Of a stretch of DNA of 64,000 nucleotides, positions 50,109-61,099 are shown piece after piece. The stretch covers positions 15,099,873 through 15,163,872 of the forward strand of contig NC_083409.1 in NCBI RefSeq assembly GCF_020745735.1. The letters run 5' to 3'. The notes beneath the pieces were generated by a model. The model was not told the DNA's origin. It saw only the letters and a list, made by a program, of their open reading frames with translations, and searched no databases. The translations under genes were made by a program, and so were the position numbers. This DNA comes from Hemiscyllium ocellatum (Eukaryota). The stretch's first letter is position 1; the number at the start of each line of letters is the position of its first letter.

Positions 50109-53100
50109 ATTGGGGATGGGAGTGGATTGAGGGCCCTTTCCGCAGAAGAGTTTGTAAGTCGATGGGTGAAAGTGGGAGGGGCACTAGTGTAACATCTTTG
50201 TTGCTGCTGAAACTCTTGCTGCCTGCTCAGTCACGTCTGAGAGACACACAGATACATCAGACACACAGGAGGCAGCTTTCTGTGGATGTTCTCCTGGAGC
50301 AGGTCTCATCAATCATGGAGCTATGGTCAGTAACAGTGTAAGCTGTGCTGCCAAGAGGTGGGCACTGTGGAGTATGGAGTGTTTTATTTCCCCCCCGACT
50401 CTATTTTGATTCACTCCCTGCCGGCCCCCCCCCCCACTTCACTGTTTGACCACGTAACATTGGCCTTTGATGTGAAGGACACTGCTTGTCACTGGCCACT
50501 CGGGTATTTCCTTTCCTCCTGGAGGTGGAAAATGAATAAAGACTTCTGCACTTGTCATTTTTCACTGCGTCTCACACTTGCACACTCACAATGTGGGTGC
50601 TGGGGAAACATTATGCATCACCATTGTTAGGCAGCTGTGTGGGGTTATAGAAAAGAAAACAAAATAAAAACTGTGCTGCCCTGAAAGCCTGAGTCTGCAT
50701 CTCAGCTCGGAAGGATATCAGCTAATTCATCAAAATTGGTCCTGCCCCTCCACAGCCTAGTCAGGCTGCCTCTGCCTTTCCATCACTCCCAGGTTATCTC
50801 TTGTGCCACAGCTCATTCTCCTGAGAGTTGGCTATACTCAGGCCCAGCACATGATCTTGTCCCACTGTCAGATCCTCTTCGAGAAACTCATGGCTCACCA
50901 CTGCCATCTCCTGGGCAATTGGAGAAGGGTAATAAATAGCTGACAGGTCAATACATTTCCCATCCCAAGAGAAATCAAAATAAAGGATGTAGAATTCAAA
51001 TGATCAAACTGGTGGAAGATGGAGTGGATCAACTCCGTGATTAAATTTCACCTGATAATTGCTGTATTAAGTTCAAGGTGAACTTAAGATGGTCTCTGCT
51101 GAATTCAGGTCAATTTTCATGGTTAACTTTCTCTCCAAACTGATTCTAATTTGAGTGTTGCTGAAAAACAAAACATTTTGTTGGAGCTTTTTGTCTTGCA
51201 TGCATCAGGACAATTTGCAAGAAATGCCACAGCAAAGGGAAACAATATTTAAACTGGTGTGTTCATCGTGACAACACTTCAATCTGTCAGACTTTCCTCT
51301 CATGCAATATAAACGTTGTTTTTTTTCTCTTTTGATTGGATTTTTGCAATTGCCCTGATGAGGGAAAAACGAAAGCTTCCACAATATTCTCAAATAATTA
51401 TTTGATCATAATTTACTCTTTTGCTTCAGACCTGTTCAATTTCCAAGGAGTAATTCTGTCCCATTTTGAATGGAGGTCTCAGTTCATCAGCACTCACTAA
51501 ATTCCAATCTCTGCATCAAAATATTTTTCCTGATCTCCTTCCTGTACCTGGTGTTTGACCACAGAGTGTGTCATTTTGCCTTTCAGTTTGCCATCATTGA
51601 CAGAAAATCTACATTTACTGTGTTGATTTCATTAAGGAATTTTGAATATCAGAATTCCCTCCCTCCCTCCTCGAGATCCTGTTCTGGTGTTTCCTTGTAA
51701 CCTGGATCTCCTATCCCTGGACTATTCTGCATTGCACCTCATAGAAGCCCCTAACTGTCCACCATATTCCAGATGTGACCTAACCATTCTTCAGTACAGC
51801 TGTCCTGGCGAATCTCCCCTCCATCTCCTCACTCTCAATATTCATTCCAAAATCCCAGTGGAATTTCCCATGTCTTATTCTGAAAATTTTCCCAATTTTA
51901 AGCATTTATGTCACTGGCCATCCTTTCTTACCCGCTGCAGTACATTGTTTACAATATGAGCTGCACTTCAGCATTTATTGTTCTGAGTCATTTCAAGCAG
52001 GAAAGCTTCTTGCCAACTCTCAGGAGAGAAACTCAGTTAATCCCATTGCCCTGCTCTATCCCAATCGCTTTAATTGTATTTCTGGTGTATTCAACAACAT
52101 CTGCATTACAGTCTTACACCCACTAATGGCTTTCTGTCATCTCTTGCGTTCTTCCTGATTATCTTTTTTTGCAGTTTAGTGACATTGTCTTTGTACCCGT
52201 TTGTTAGACCTTTGCAATTCATATTGTGCCTGATCCCAGTGCCAGTCGTTGGGGCACTCCACCTTGTAATCTGAAAAAGCAGGCTCCAGTCTTTCAAAGA
52301 GATTGATTCAAGCCTCCCCCAGGTTATTATTTGAATTGTCCCTCATTTATTTTGATTTCTCCTGGGATGGGGCAAGCGTTGATGTGTCTGCTATTGGTTG
52401 TCCTTCCCTAATTGTCCTGGAGAGGGCGGTGGTGAGCAATTTAATATCTGGGAAGGACGGGGCTGGGATGTGTCCAAGTAAAAACCATGAAACTCAATGT
52501 CATTTTATGTATGTTCTTTAGGCAAAGGGAATCCAGTCATCACCCAGACTGTGACTCCAGTCCCACAGTGACATGATTCATTCTTCACGGCCCCATGATC
52601 TGGCTCAGCAAAGAACTCAGTCTGAACTGCTGGAGATGGGCAATAAATATGAGGCTTGCCAATGACATTAACACCCTGAGAAGGAATAATGCTGCTCTTT
52701 GCTATCTGCCTTTTAGCCTCTGAGCCACCACACTCTCGCTGGTAAGGGTCTCTAATCCTCTCACATTAATATATTAAATGATGGCAATATGTGAAGAGCT
52801 TTTATTTTGAATTGTCAGTTCTCTTTTCCCATGCCTCTCTCCTCTTCAGGGGGGAGGGAGGAAAAACAGCTTTTGTACTAGGATACTTATCACAGCCCAA
52901 TGAAAATGTCTCCTGTGATATGATTATCTTCACAGTGTGCTGTTTTGTTCATTCTGTGATACACGTAGACAATATCAGTATTGAGAGGGACAAAGTATAT
53001 GTCCTTCTCTAACCCCTTTCCAACACACCCTCTCCATCTTGCTTTACTCCTTATTGACTCTTCTACAATTGTCCCTGTTCCCTCACTCTGTCCCAGTCCC

Positions 53101-53324
53101 AGAGGGATTGATGGCCGGAGTTCATGACCCCGCACTGTGTGAAGGTTGGTGTGAAGTGAGGCCAGTGTGTTGGAGGTTGGGCTCCTCCCTCAGGCCCAGG
53201 TGTAGGGGCCTGTTCAACAATCTGCATATTGTCCTTTTTCTCTTTCTGAATGAACTGAATCAAGTTGCAGTAAGGATCTGGCAACAAGGTGTCTTGTCTA
53301 AAATGTTCCCAGCATTGGATACAG

Positions 53325-54400
53325 AATTGGCTGTGTTGGAGGAGACAGAGGGCAGTGATGGGGGGATGGTTTTCAGAATGGAGGTCTAGTGGTGTTTTAC
53401 AGGGTTCAGTGGTGGGAACTCTGCTGTTCATGGTCTGCATAAATGATTTGGAGGAAGGTGTAGCTGGTCTAATTAAAAAGTTAACAGTTGATACAAAGAT
53501 TGGTAGAGTTACAGATAATGAGAAGGATTGTCAGAGGATACAGCAGGATAGAGATCAGTTGAATGCATGGACAGAAAAATGGCAGATGTAGTTTAATCCA
53601 GACAAATGTGAGGCGATGCATTTTGAAAGGTGCTGTACAGGTGGGAATTATACAGTGAATGGCAGAATCCTTTGGAGTATTGATATGCAGAGGGATCTGG
53701 GTGTGTATGTTCACAGATCACTGAAGGTGGCAGCACAGCGAGGTAAGGTTGTGAAAAAGGCTTATGGCCTGCTTGCCTTCATTGGAAGGGGCATTGAGTA
53801 TAAGGACAGACAAGTTATGCTGCAGCTTTATAGAACTTTAGTTTGGCCACACTTGGAATAGTGCACACAGTTCTGGTCACCACACTATCAGAAGGATGTG
53901 GATGTTTTGAAGACGGTGCAGAAAATGTTTACCAGGATATTGTCTGGTATGGGGGGGATTTTAGTTCTGAAGAAAGGTTGGAGAGACTGGGTTTGTTTTC
54001 ACCAGAATGAGGGAAAATGAGGTGTGACCTGATAGAAGTTTATTAAGTTTTGAATGGCATAGGTAGAGTGGAAAATATGAGGCTTTTTCCCAGGATGGAG
54101 GGGTCACTTACTCGGGGACAGAGGTTCAAGGTGCGGGGGGAAGGAGGAATTTAAAAGAGATGTGCGAGGCAAGTATTTCACACAAATGAAGTTGAGTACC
54201 TGGAACACACTGCCAGAGGAGGGGGTGGAAGCAGACACAATAGAAGTATTCAAGAAATACCTGCACTAATGCATGAATAGAAAGGGAATAGAGGGATATG
54301 AATCCTGTAGGTGAATACAGTTTCAGTGAGGAAGGGCAAAATGTGTCAGCAGAGGCTGGGCGGGCCGAAGGGCCTGTTTCTCTGCTGTATTGTGCCTTGT
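53325..54400 (+). mobile_element. CR1 3' fragment
   Basis: QGSVVGTLLFMVCINDL and VYVHRSLKVA...RTLVWPHLE motifs. Confidence 0.9.
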
Positions 54401-54539
54401 TCTTTGATCCCTGCTGTTGAATTGGATTCTCGGGAGCCAGCTCCGTATGAAGAGCCTGTTCTCAGTCTTTTGTTGGAGTTCATGGGGCAGCTGCTGCTTC
54501 CTTGCTACGTCACTGATCAAACCAACAATATGGAAAGCC

Positions 54540-55345
54540 TCTTGATTTTCAAAGCTTGGGAGAAGATTTGTAGCTCGGGTGCTCGTTGTTGTGGTTCTGT
54601 TTGCTGAGCTGGGATTTTGTGTTGCAGACGTTTCGTCCCCTGTCTAGGTGTCATCCTCAGTGCTTGGGAGCCTCCTGTGAAGCGCTTCTGTGATGTTTCC
54701 TCCAGCATTTATTGTGGTTTGAATCTGCTGCTTCCGGTTGTCAGTTCCAGCTGTCCGTTGCAGTGGTTGGTATATTGGGTCCAGGTCGATGAGCTTCTGG
54801 GTTGAATCTGTGGATGAGTGCCATGCCTCAAGGAATTCCCTGGCTGTTCTCTATTTGGCTTGTCCTATAATAGTAGTGTTGTCCCAGTCGAAATAATGTT
54901 GCTTGTCATCTGCGTGTGTGGCTCCTAAGGATAGCTGGTCCTACTACATAGGACAAACAGGAAGACAGCTAACGATCCGCATCCATGAACACCAACTAGC
55001 CACGAAACGACACGACCAGCTATCCTTAGTAGCCACACATGCAGATGACAAGCAACATGAATTCGACGGGGACAACATTACTATTATAGGACAAGCCAAA
55101 CAGAGAACAGCTAGGGAATTCCTAGAGGCATGGCACTCATCCACAGATTCAATCAATAAGCACATCGACCTGGACCCAATATACCGACAACTGCAGTGGA
55201 CAGCTGGAACTGACAACCGGAAGCGGCAGATTCAAACTACTACAAATGCCAGAGGAAACATCACAGAAGCGCTTCACAGGAGGCTCCCAAGCACTGAGGA
55301 TGTCACCTAGATAGGGGACGAAACGTCTGCAACACAAATTCCCAG
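54540..55345. mobile_element. Penelope-like element: GIY-YIG 3' end with inverted partial copy
   Basis: YYIGQTGRQLTIRIHEH (ORF 54903-55310); 54610-54940 is the reverse complement of ~55010-55345. Confidence 0.9.
55291..55330 (+). ncRNA. Minimal type I hammerhead ribozyme in a Penelope pLTR
   Basis: GCA-CUGAGGA-U-GUC(acctagataggg)GAC-GAAA-CG-UC^UGC: stem I GCA/UGC, stem II GUC/GAC extended by CCUA/UAGG, palindromic ACGU stem III, GUC cleavage triplet ending 55327. Confidence 0.75.
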
Positions 55346-55970
55346 AACAGAATCGGCGAACAGAAGCACAACAGCCTCTTGATATTTTAAATACACTGTC
55401 TGCAAGAAAATGCTTGGCAGAGGTTTTAACATTGTTTAATAAGACAAAGATGTAAATACACCAGTTTGTTTACAGCTATGAGCGTTTAACATCATGGTCC
55501 TTGTTTTAATGTACCCTCCCTCATGGCAATACATTTTACAATGTTTCTCTCCCCTTACATGTTGTGAAGGGGTTTGCAAACGTGTTTTGATGAGGACAGT
55601 GAATCTTCAACACCGTTTGGTGGAGTGGGTGTCTGTTTGAATTCTCACTTGTGATAATACAGTTTTAAATGTGTCAGGGTTACTTTCCCCGCTGTCTGGG
55701 GGTGTCGCTGTCACTAACCCCACTCCACCCTTCCCTCTTGGGGTAATACTATTTTTCACATCATTTTGGACACATTTGGAGGGGAGCGACTTACCAGGGC
55801 CATTCAGTGGGGTGCAGGTCTCTGGCACAGTGTCTGACCCTGTTACACAGAAGGAAAGGAGACAGAGGAGGAGAGCGTTAGTCATTGGGGACTCAATAGT
55901 TCGAAGGTCAGATAGAATGTTTGTTGGGGATGAATGAGACTCATGTTTGGCGTGTTGGACCCAGGTGCCA

Positions 55971-57391
55971 AGGCTGAAAATGTGTTGCTGGAAAAGCGCA
56001 GCAGGTCAGGCAGCATTCAAGGAGCAGGAGAATCGCTGTTTCGGGCAAGAGCCCCACTTCGGGAATGAGGAAAGTGTGTCCAGCAGGCTAAGATAAAAGG
56101 TAAGGAGGGACTTTGGGGAGGGGTGTTTGGAAACGCGATAGGTGGAAGGAGGTTAAGGTGAGGGTGATAGGCCAGAGTAGGGGTGAGGGCGGAGAGGTCA
56201 GGAAGAAGATTGCAGGATAGGAAGGCGGTGCTGAGTTCGAGGGTTGGGACTGAGACAAGGTGGGGGGAGGGGAAATGAGGAAACTGGAGAAGGAGGCCAT
56301 CTGGATTGTACGGTATTCCTTCTTCAAAGACCGCAATTTCCTGCCAGACGTGATCGACGATGTTCTCCACTGGATGTCCTCCACTTCCCGCTCCTCCGTC
56401 CTTGAGCCCCGCCCCTCCAATCGCACAGGACAGAACCCCACTGGTCCTCACCTACCACCCCACCAACCTCCGTATACAGCGTATCATCCGCCGTCATTTC
56501 CGCCACCTCCAAATGGACCCCACTACCAGGGATACATTTCCCTCCCCTCCTCTCCCCTTCAGCATTCCAAAAAGACCCCTCCCTCCGTGACTCCCTCGTC
56601 AGGTTCACACCCCCACCAACCCAACCGCCACTCCCGGCACCTTCCCCTGCAATCACAAGAAATGCAAAACTTGCGCCCACACCTCCCCCCTTACTTCCCT
56701 CCAAGACCCCAAGGGATCCTTCCATATCCTCCACAAATTCACCTGCACCTCCACACACATCATTTACTGTATCCGCTGCACCCGATGTGGCCTCCTCTAT
56801 ATTGGGGAGACAGGCCACCTACTTGAGGAACGTTTCAGAGAACACCTCTGGGACACCCAGACCAACCAACCCAACCGCCCCGTGGCTCAACACTTCAACT
56901 CCCCCTCCCACTCCACCAAGGACATCTAGGTCCTTGGACTCGTCCATCGCCAGACCATAGCAACACGACGGCTGGAGGAAGAGTACCTCATCCTCTGCCT
57001 AGGAACCCTCCAACCACAAGGGATGAACTCAGATTTCTCCAGTTTCCTCATTTCCCCTGCCCCCACCTTGTCTCAGCCCCAACCCTCGAACTCAGCACCA
57101 CCTTCCTAACCTGCAATCTTCTTCCTGACCTCTCTGCCCCCACCCCTACTCTGGCCTATCATCCTCACCTTAACCTCCTTCCACCTATCGCGTTTCCAAT
57201 GCCCCTCCCCCAAGTCCCTCCTCCCTACCTTTTATCTTAGCCTGCTTGGCACACTTTCCTCATTCCTGAAGAAGGGCTTATGCCTGAAATGTCGATTCTC
57301 CTGCTCCGTGGATGCTGCCTGACCTGCTGCGCTTTTCCAGCAACACATTTTCAGCTCTGATCTCCAGCATCTGCAGTCCTCACTTTCTCCT
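55971..57391 (+). mobile_element. Penelope-like insertion with inverted 5' pLTR and 10-bp TSD
   Basis: TSD CCAGGTGCCA at 55961-55970 and 57392-57401; IYCIRCTRCGLLYIGETG...RFREH; hammerhead-like core at 57266-57293. Confidence 0.9.
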
Positions 57392-59015
57392 CCAGGTGCC
57401 AGGGTCCATGATGTTTTGGATCTTGTCTTTGGGGTCCTGAAGGGAGAGCGTGACCAGACTCAAGTCGTGATCCAACCACATAGGTAGAAAGAGGGATTGG
57501 GATGTAAAGCATGATTTCAGGGAGCTAGGGTGGAAGCTGAGAGCTATACAAAAGAGTTGTTATCTCTGGTTTGTTACCTGTGCCACGTTATAGCAAGGCA
57601 AGGAATAGGGAGAGAGGTCAGCGGAATGTGTGGCTGCAGGGATGGTGCAGGAGAGAGGGTTTCAGGTGTATGAATAATTGGGGCACATTCTGGGGAAGGT
57701 AGGACCTCTACAAACAGGATGGTCTTCACTTGAACCAGAAGGGTACTAATATCTTGGGTGGGAAATTTGCTGGTACTATTCTGGTGGGTTTAAACTACCA
57801 CAGCAGGTGGATGGGAACCTGAGGTGTCATTCCAGTGCACGGGAGAATGAGAGAAGTGAGGGCATGGACAGGATTTCACGGTCACAGGAATGTGCTGGCA
57901 GACAACGAAGTGATTTGAAATGTGTCTACTTCAACGCTAGAAGTATCTGAAATAAGGTAGGTGAGCTTGCAGCATGGATAGGTACCTGGGACTTCAAGGT
58001 TGTGGCCATTTCGGAGACATGGATAGAGCAGAGTCAGGAATGGATGTTGCAGGTTCCAGGTTTTTGATCTTTCATTAAGAACAGGGAAAAAAGTAAAAGA
58101 GGGGAAGATGTGACCTTGTTAGTCAAGGACGGTATAACGTTGGCTGAAAGAATTTTTGACAAGGACTCATCTACTGAGGTGGTATGGGCTGAGGTAAGAA
58201 ACAGGATGAGAAGGCACACTGCTGGGAGTTCTTTACAGGCCTCCACAGAGTTCCAGCGATGTGGAGGAGAGAATCGACAAAATAATTCTGGGTAAGAGCA
58301 AAAGGAACAGAGTGCTCATTATGGGGGACTTTAATGTCCCCAACATTGACTGGAAATGCTAGAACTCTAATATATCAGATGGATCAGTTTCTGTCCAAAT
58401 TGTACAGGAGGGTTTCCTGACACAGTATGTCGAAGGGCCGACAAAAAGAGAGGCCACAGTGGGTCTGGTGCTTGATAATGAACCAGGCCTGGTGTTTGAT
58501 TTAGTGGTAGGAAGACACTTTGGTGAGAGTGACCATAATTCAGTTCCATTTAGTTTAGTGATGGAAACGGATAGGTACATGCCACAGGGCAACAGTTATA
58601 GATGGGGGAAGGGTAATTATAATCCGATTAAGCAAGACTTAGGCTACATAGAATGGGGTAGCAAGATGCAGGGGATGGGGACAATCAAAATGTGGAGCTA
58701 GTTTAAGGAATAGATATTGCGTGTCCTTGATAGGTATGTCCCTGTGTGGCAGGGGGAACTGATAAGGTAAGGGATCCGTGATTTACTAAAGACATTGCAT
58801 CTCTTGTTAAGTGGAAGAAGGAGGCTTCTGTGACAATGAGATGAGATGATTCAGATGAGGCGATGGAGAGTTACAGATTAGCTAGGAATGAGTTAAAGAG
58901 AGAGTTAAGAAGAGCAAAGAAAGGACATGAACAGTCTTTAGTAGGTAGAATAAAGGAGAACCCTAAAGCTTTCTATAGACATGTGAAGAATAAAAGGATG
59001 ACTAGGGTAGGAATA

Positions 59016-59235
59016 CGCAAAAGTGAGGAGTGCAGATGCTGGAAACCAGAGTTTAGATCAGAGTGGTACTGGAAAAGCACAGCAGGTCAGGCAGCATCCG
59101 AGGAGCAGGAAAATCGATGTTTCGGGCAAAAGCCCTTCATCAGGAATAGATGAAGGGCTTTTGCCCGAAACGGCGCTTTCCTTGCTCCTCGATGCAGCCT
59201 GACCTGCTGTGCCTTCCAGGACCACTCAGACCTAA
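59016..59235. mobile_element. Palindromic Penelope-type pLTR pair with 15-bp TSD
   Basis: TSD ACTAGGGTAGGAATA at 59001-59015 and 59236-59250; minus-strand core ATTC-CTGATGA-A-GGGC-TTTT-GCCC-GAAA-CA-TC. Confidence 0.85.
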
Positions 59236-61099
59236 ACTAGGGTAGGAATAGGGCCAATCAAAGACAGCAGTGGGAAGTTGTGTGTGCACCCTGTGGAGAT
59301 CGGAGAGGTGCTAAATGAATATTCCTCATCTGTTTTCACTCAAGAAAAGGAGAATATTGTCGAAGAGAAGAATGAGATATTAGACTAGAAAGGATTGAGG
59401 TTAGTAAAGAAGAGATGTTATCAATTCTGATAGGAGTAAAAGTAGACAAGTTCCCTGGGCTAGATGGGATAAATTTTTGGATTCCCTGGGAGCCTTTGGC
59501 TTTGATCTTTGAGTTGTCATTGTCTGCAGGTTTAGTACCAGAGGACTGGAGGATTGCAAATGATATGCCCTTGTTCAAGAATGGCAGTAGAAATGACCCA
59601 AGTAATTATAGACCAGATAGCCTTACAACTATTGGAGGAAAAGTTTTGAAAAGGATTATAAGAGATAAGATTTATAATCATCCCGCAAGCAACAATTTGA
59701 TTGCAGATAGTCAACATCGTTTCGTCAAGGGCAGGTCTTGTCTCACAAACCTCGCTGACATTTTTGAGAAGGTGACCAAGCATGTGGATGAGAGTAGGGC
59801 AGTTCACGTAGCGTACATGGACTTCAGTAAAGCCTTTGATAAGGTTCCACGAGGTAGGCTGTTGGAGAAAATGCAAGGCATGGGATTGAGGGTGATTCAG
59901 CAGTTTGGAGTAGTAACTTGCTTTCTGTAAAAAGGTAGCGAGTGGTGGTTGATGGAGAATATTCAGCCTGAAGTTCGGTGACTAGTGGTGTTCCATAAGG
60001 ATCTGTTTTGGGACCTGTTTGTCATTCTTATAAATGACTTGGATGCAGGCAGTGGTCGATTTGTTAGTAATATTGCAGATGACACTGAAGTCAGCGGAGT
60101 AGTGGATAGTGTGGAAGAATGTTGCAGGTTGCAAGGGGACTTGGATAATTGGGCTGAAAGGTGGAAAATGGAATTCAATGCAGATAAATGTGAGGTGATT
60201 CACTTTCGGAAGAATAACAGGAAAGCAGAATACTGGGTCAATGGAAAGATTCTTGGTAGTGTGGATGTGCAGAGGAATCTTGGAGTGCATGTACATAGAT
60301 CCCTGAAAGTTACCACCCAGGTTGATAGTTCTGTTAGGAAGGCACAAGGTGCGTTAGGTTTTATTGGTAGAGGGATTGAGTTCCAGAGCCATGATGTCAT
60401 GCTGCCACTGTACAAAATGCTAGTGTGACCTCACTTGGAATATTGTGTACAGTTCTGATCGCCCCATTACAGGAAGGATGTGGAAGCATTGGAAAAGGTG
60501 TAGAGGAGATTTACCAGAATGTGCCTGGTCTGGAGGGAAGGTCTTAGGAGGAAAGGCTGAGGGACTTGGGTCCATTCTCATTGGAGAGAAGAAAGCTAAG
60601 AAGGATTTAACAGAGACATACAAGATGATCAAGGTAGGGTGGACAATTAGAGTCTTTTTCTAACCATGATAATGTTGGCTTGTACAAGCGGGCGTAGCTG
60701 CAAATTGAGGGGTGATAGATTTAACACAGATGTCTGAGGCAGGTTCTTTACTCATAGAGTGGTAAAGGCGTGGAATGCCCTACCTGCCAATGTAGTTAAC
60801 TCAGCCACATTAGGGGCATTTAAACAGTCCTTTAGTAAGCATATGGATGCTGTTGGTATAGTGTAGGGGGATGAGCTTAGATTAGTTCACTGGTTGGCAT
60901 AACATCATGGGACGAAGGGCCTGTTCTTCGCTGTACTGTTCAGTGTTCTGTGTTCTGCAAGTGTGGCTAATTTTGGTAAAGTACAGTTTTGCACACTTTG
61001 CTCAGTTCAGCTCTTTTGACCAATGTTCAGTATTGCAGGGTCACACTGTCTAGAGTGTTCCTGCATTCTGTTGTGTACTATTGTGTTCTGGGAGTCATG

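Larger units (their letters stand above)
55780..60955 (+). mobile_element. Long decayed CR1 LINE (ORF1 esterase, EN, RT, 3' tail) with two Penelope insertions
   Basis: RALVIGDSIVR (55870), YFNARSI..ETW (57920-58020), DFSKAFDKVP (59820), INDL..ADDT (60030); 5' boundary approximate. Confidence 0.9.

Noticed and set aside
50129-50141. GGGCCCTTTCC as an NF-kB site of a kappa intronic enhancer
   Set aside because: Does not fit GGGRNNYYCC.
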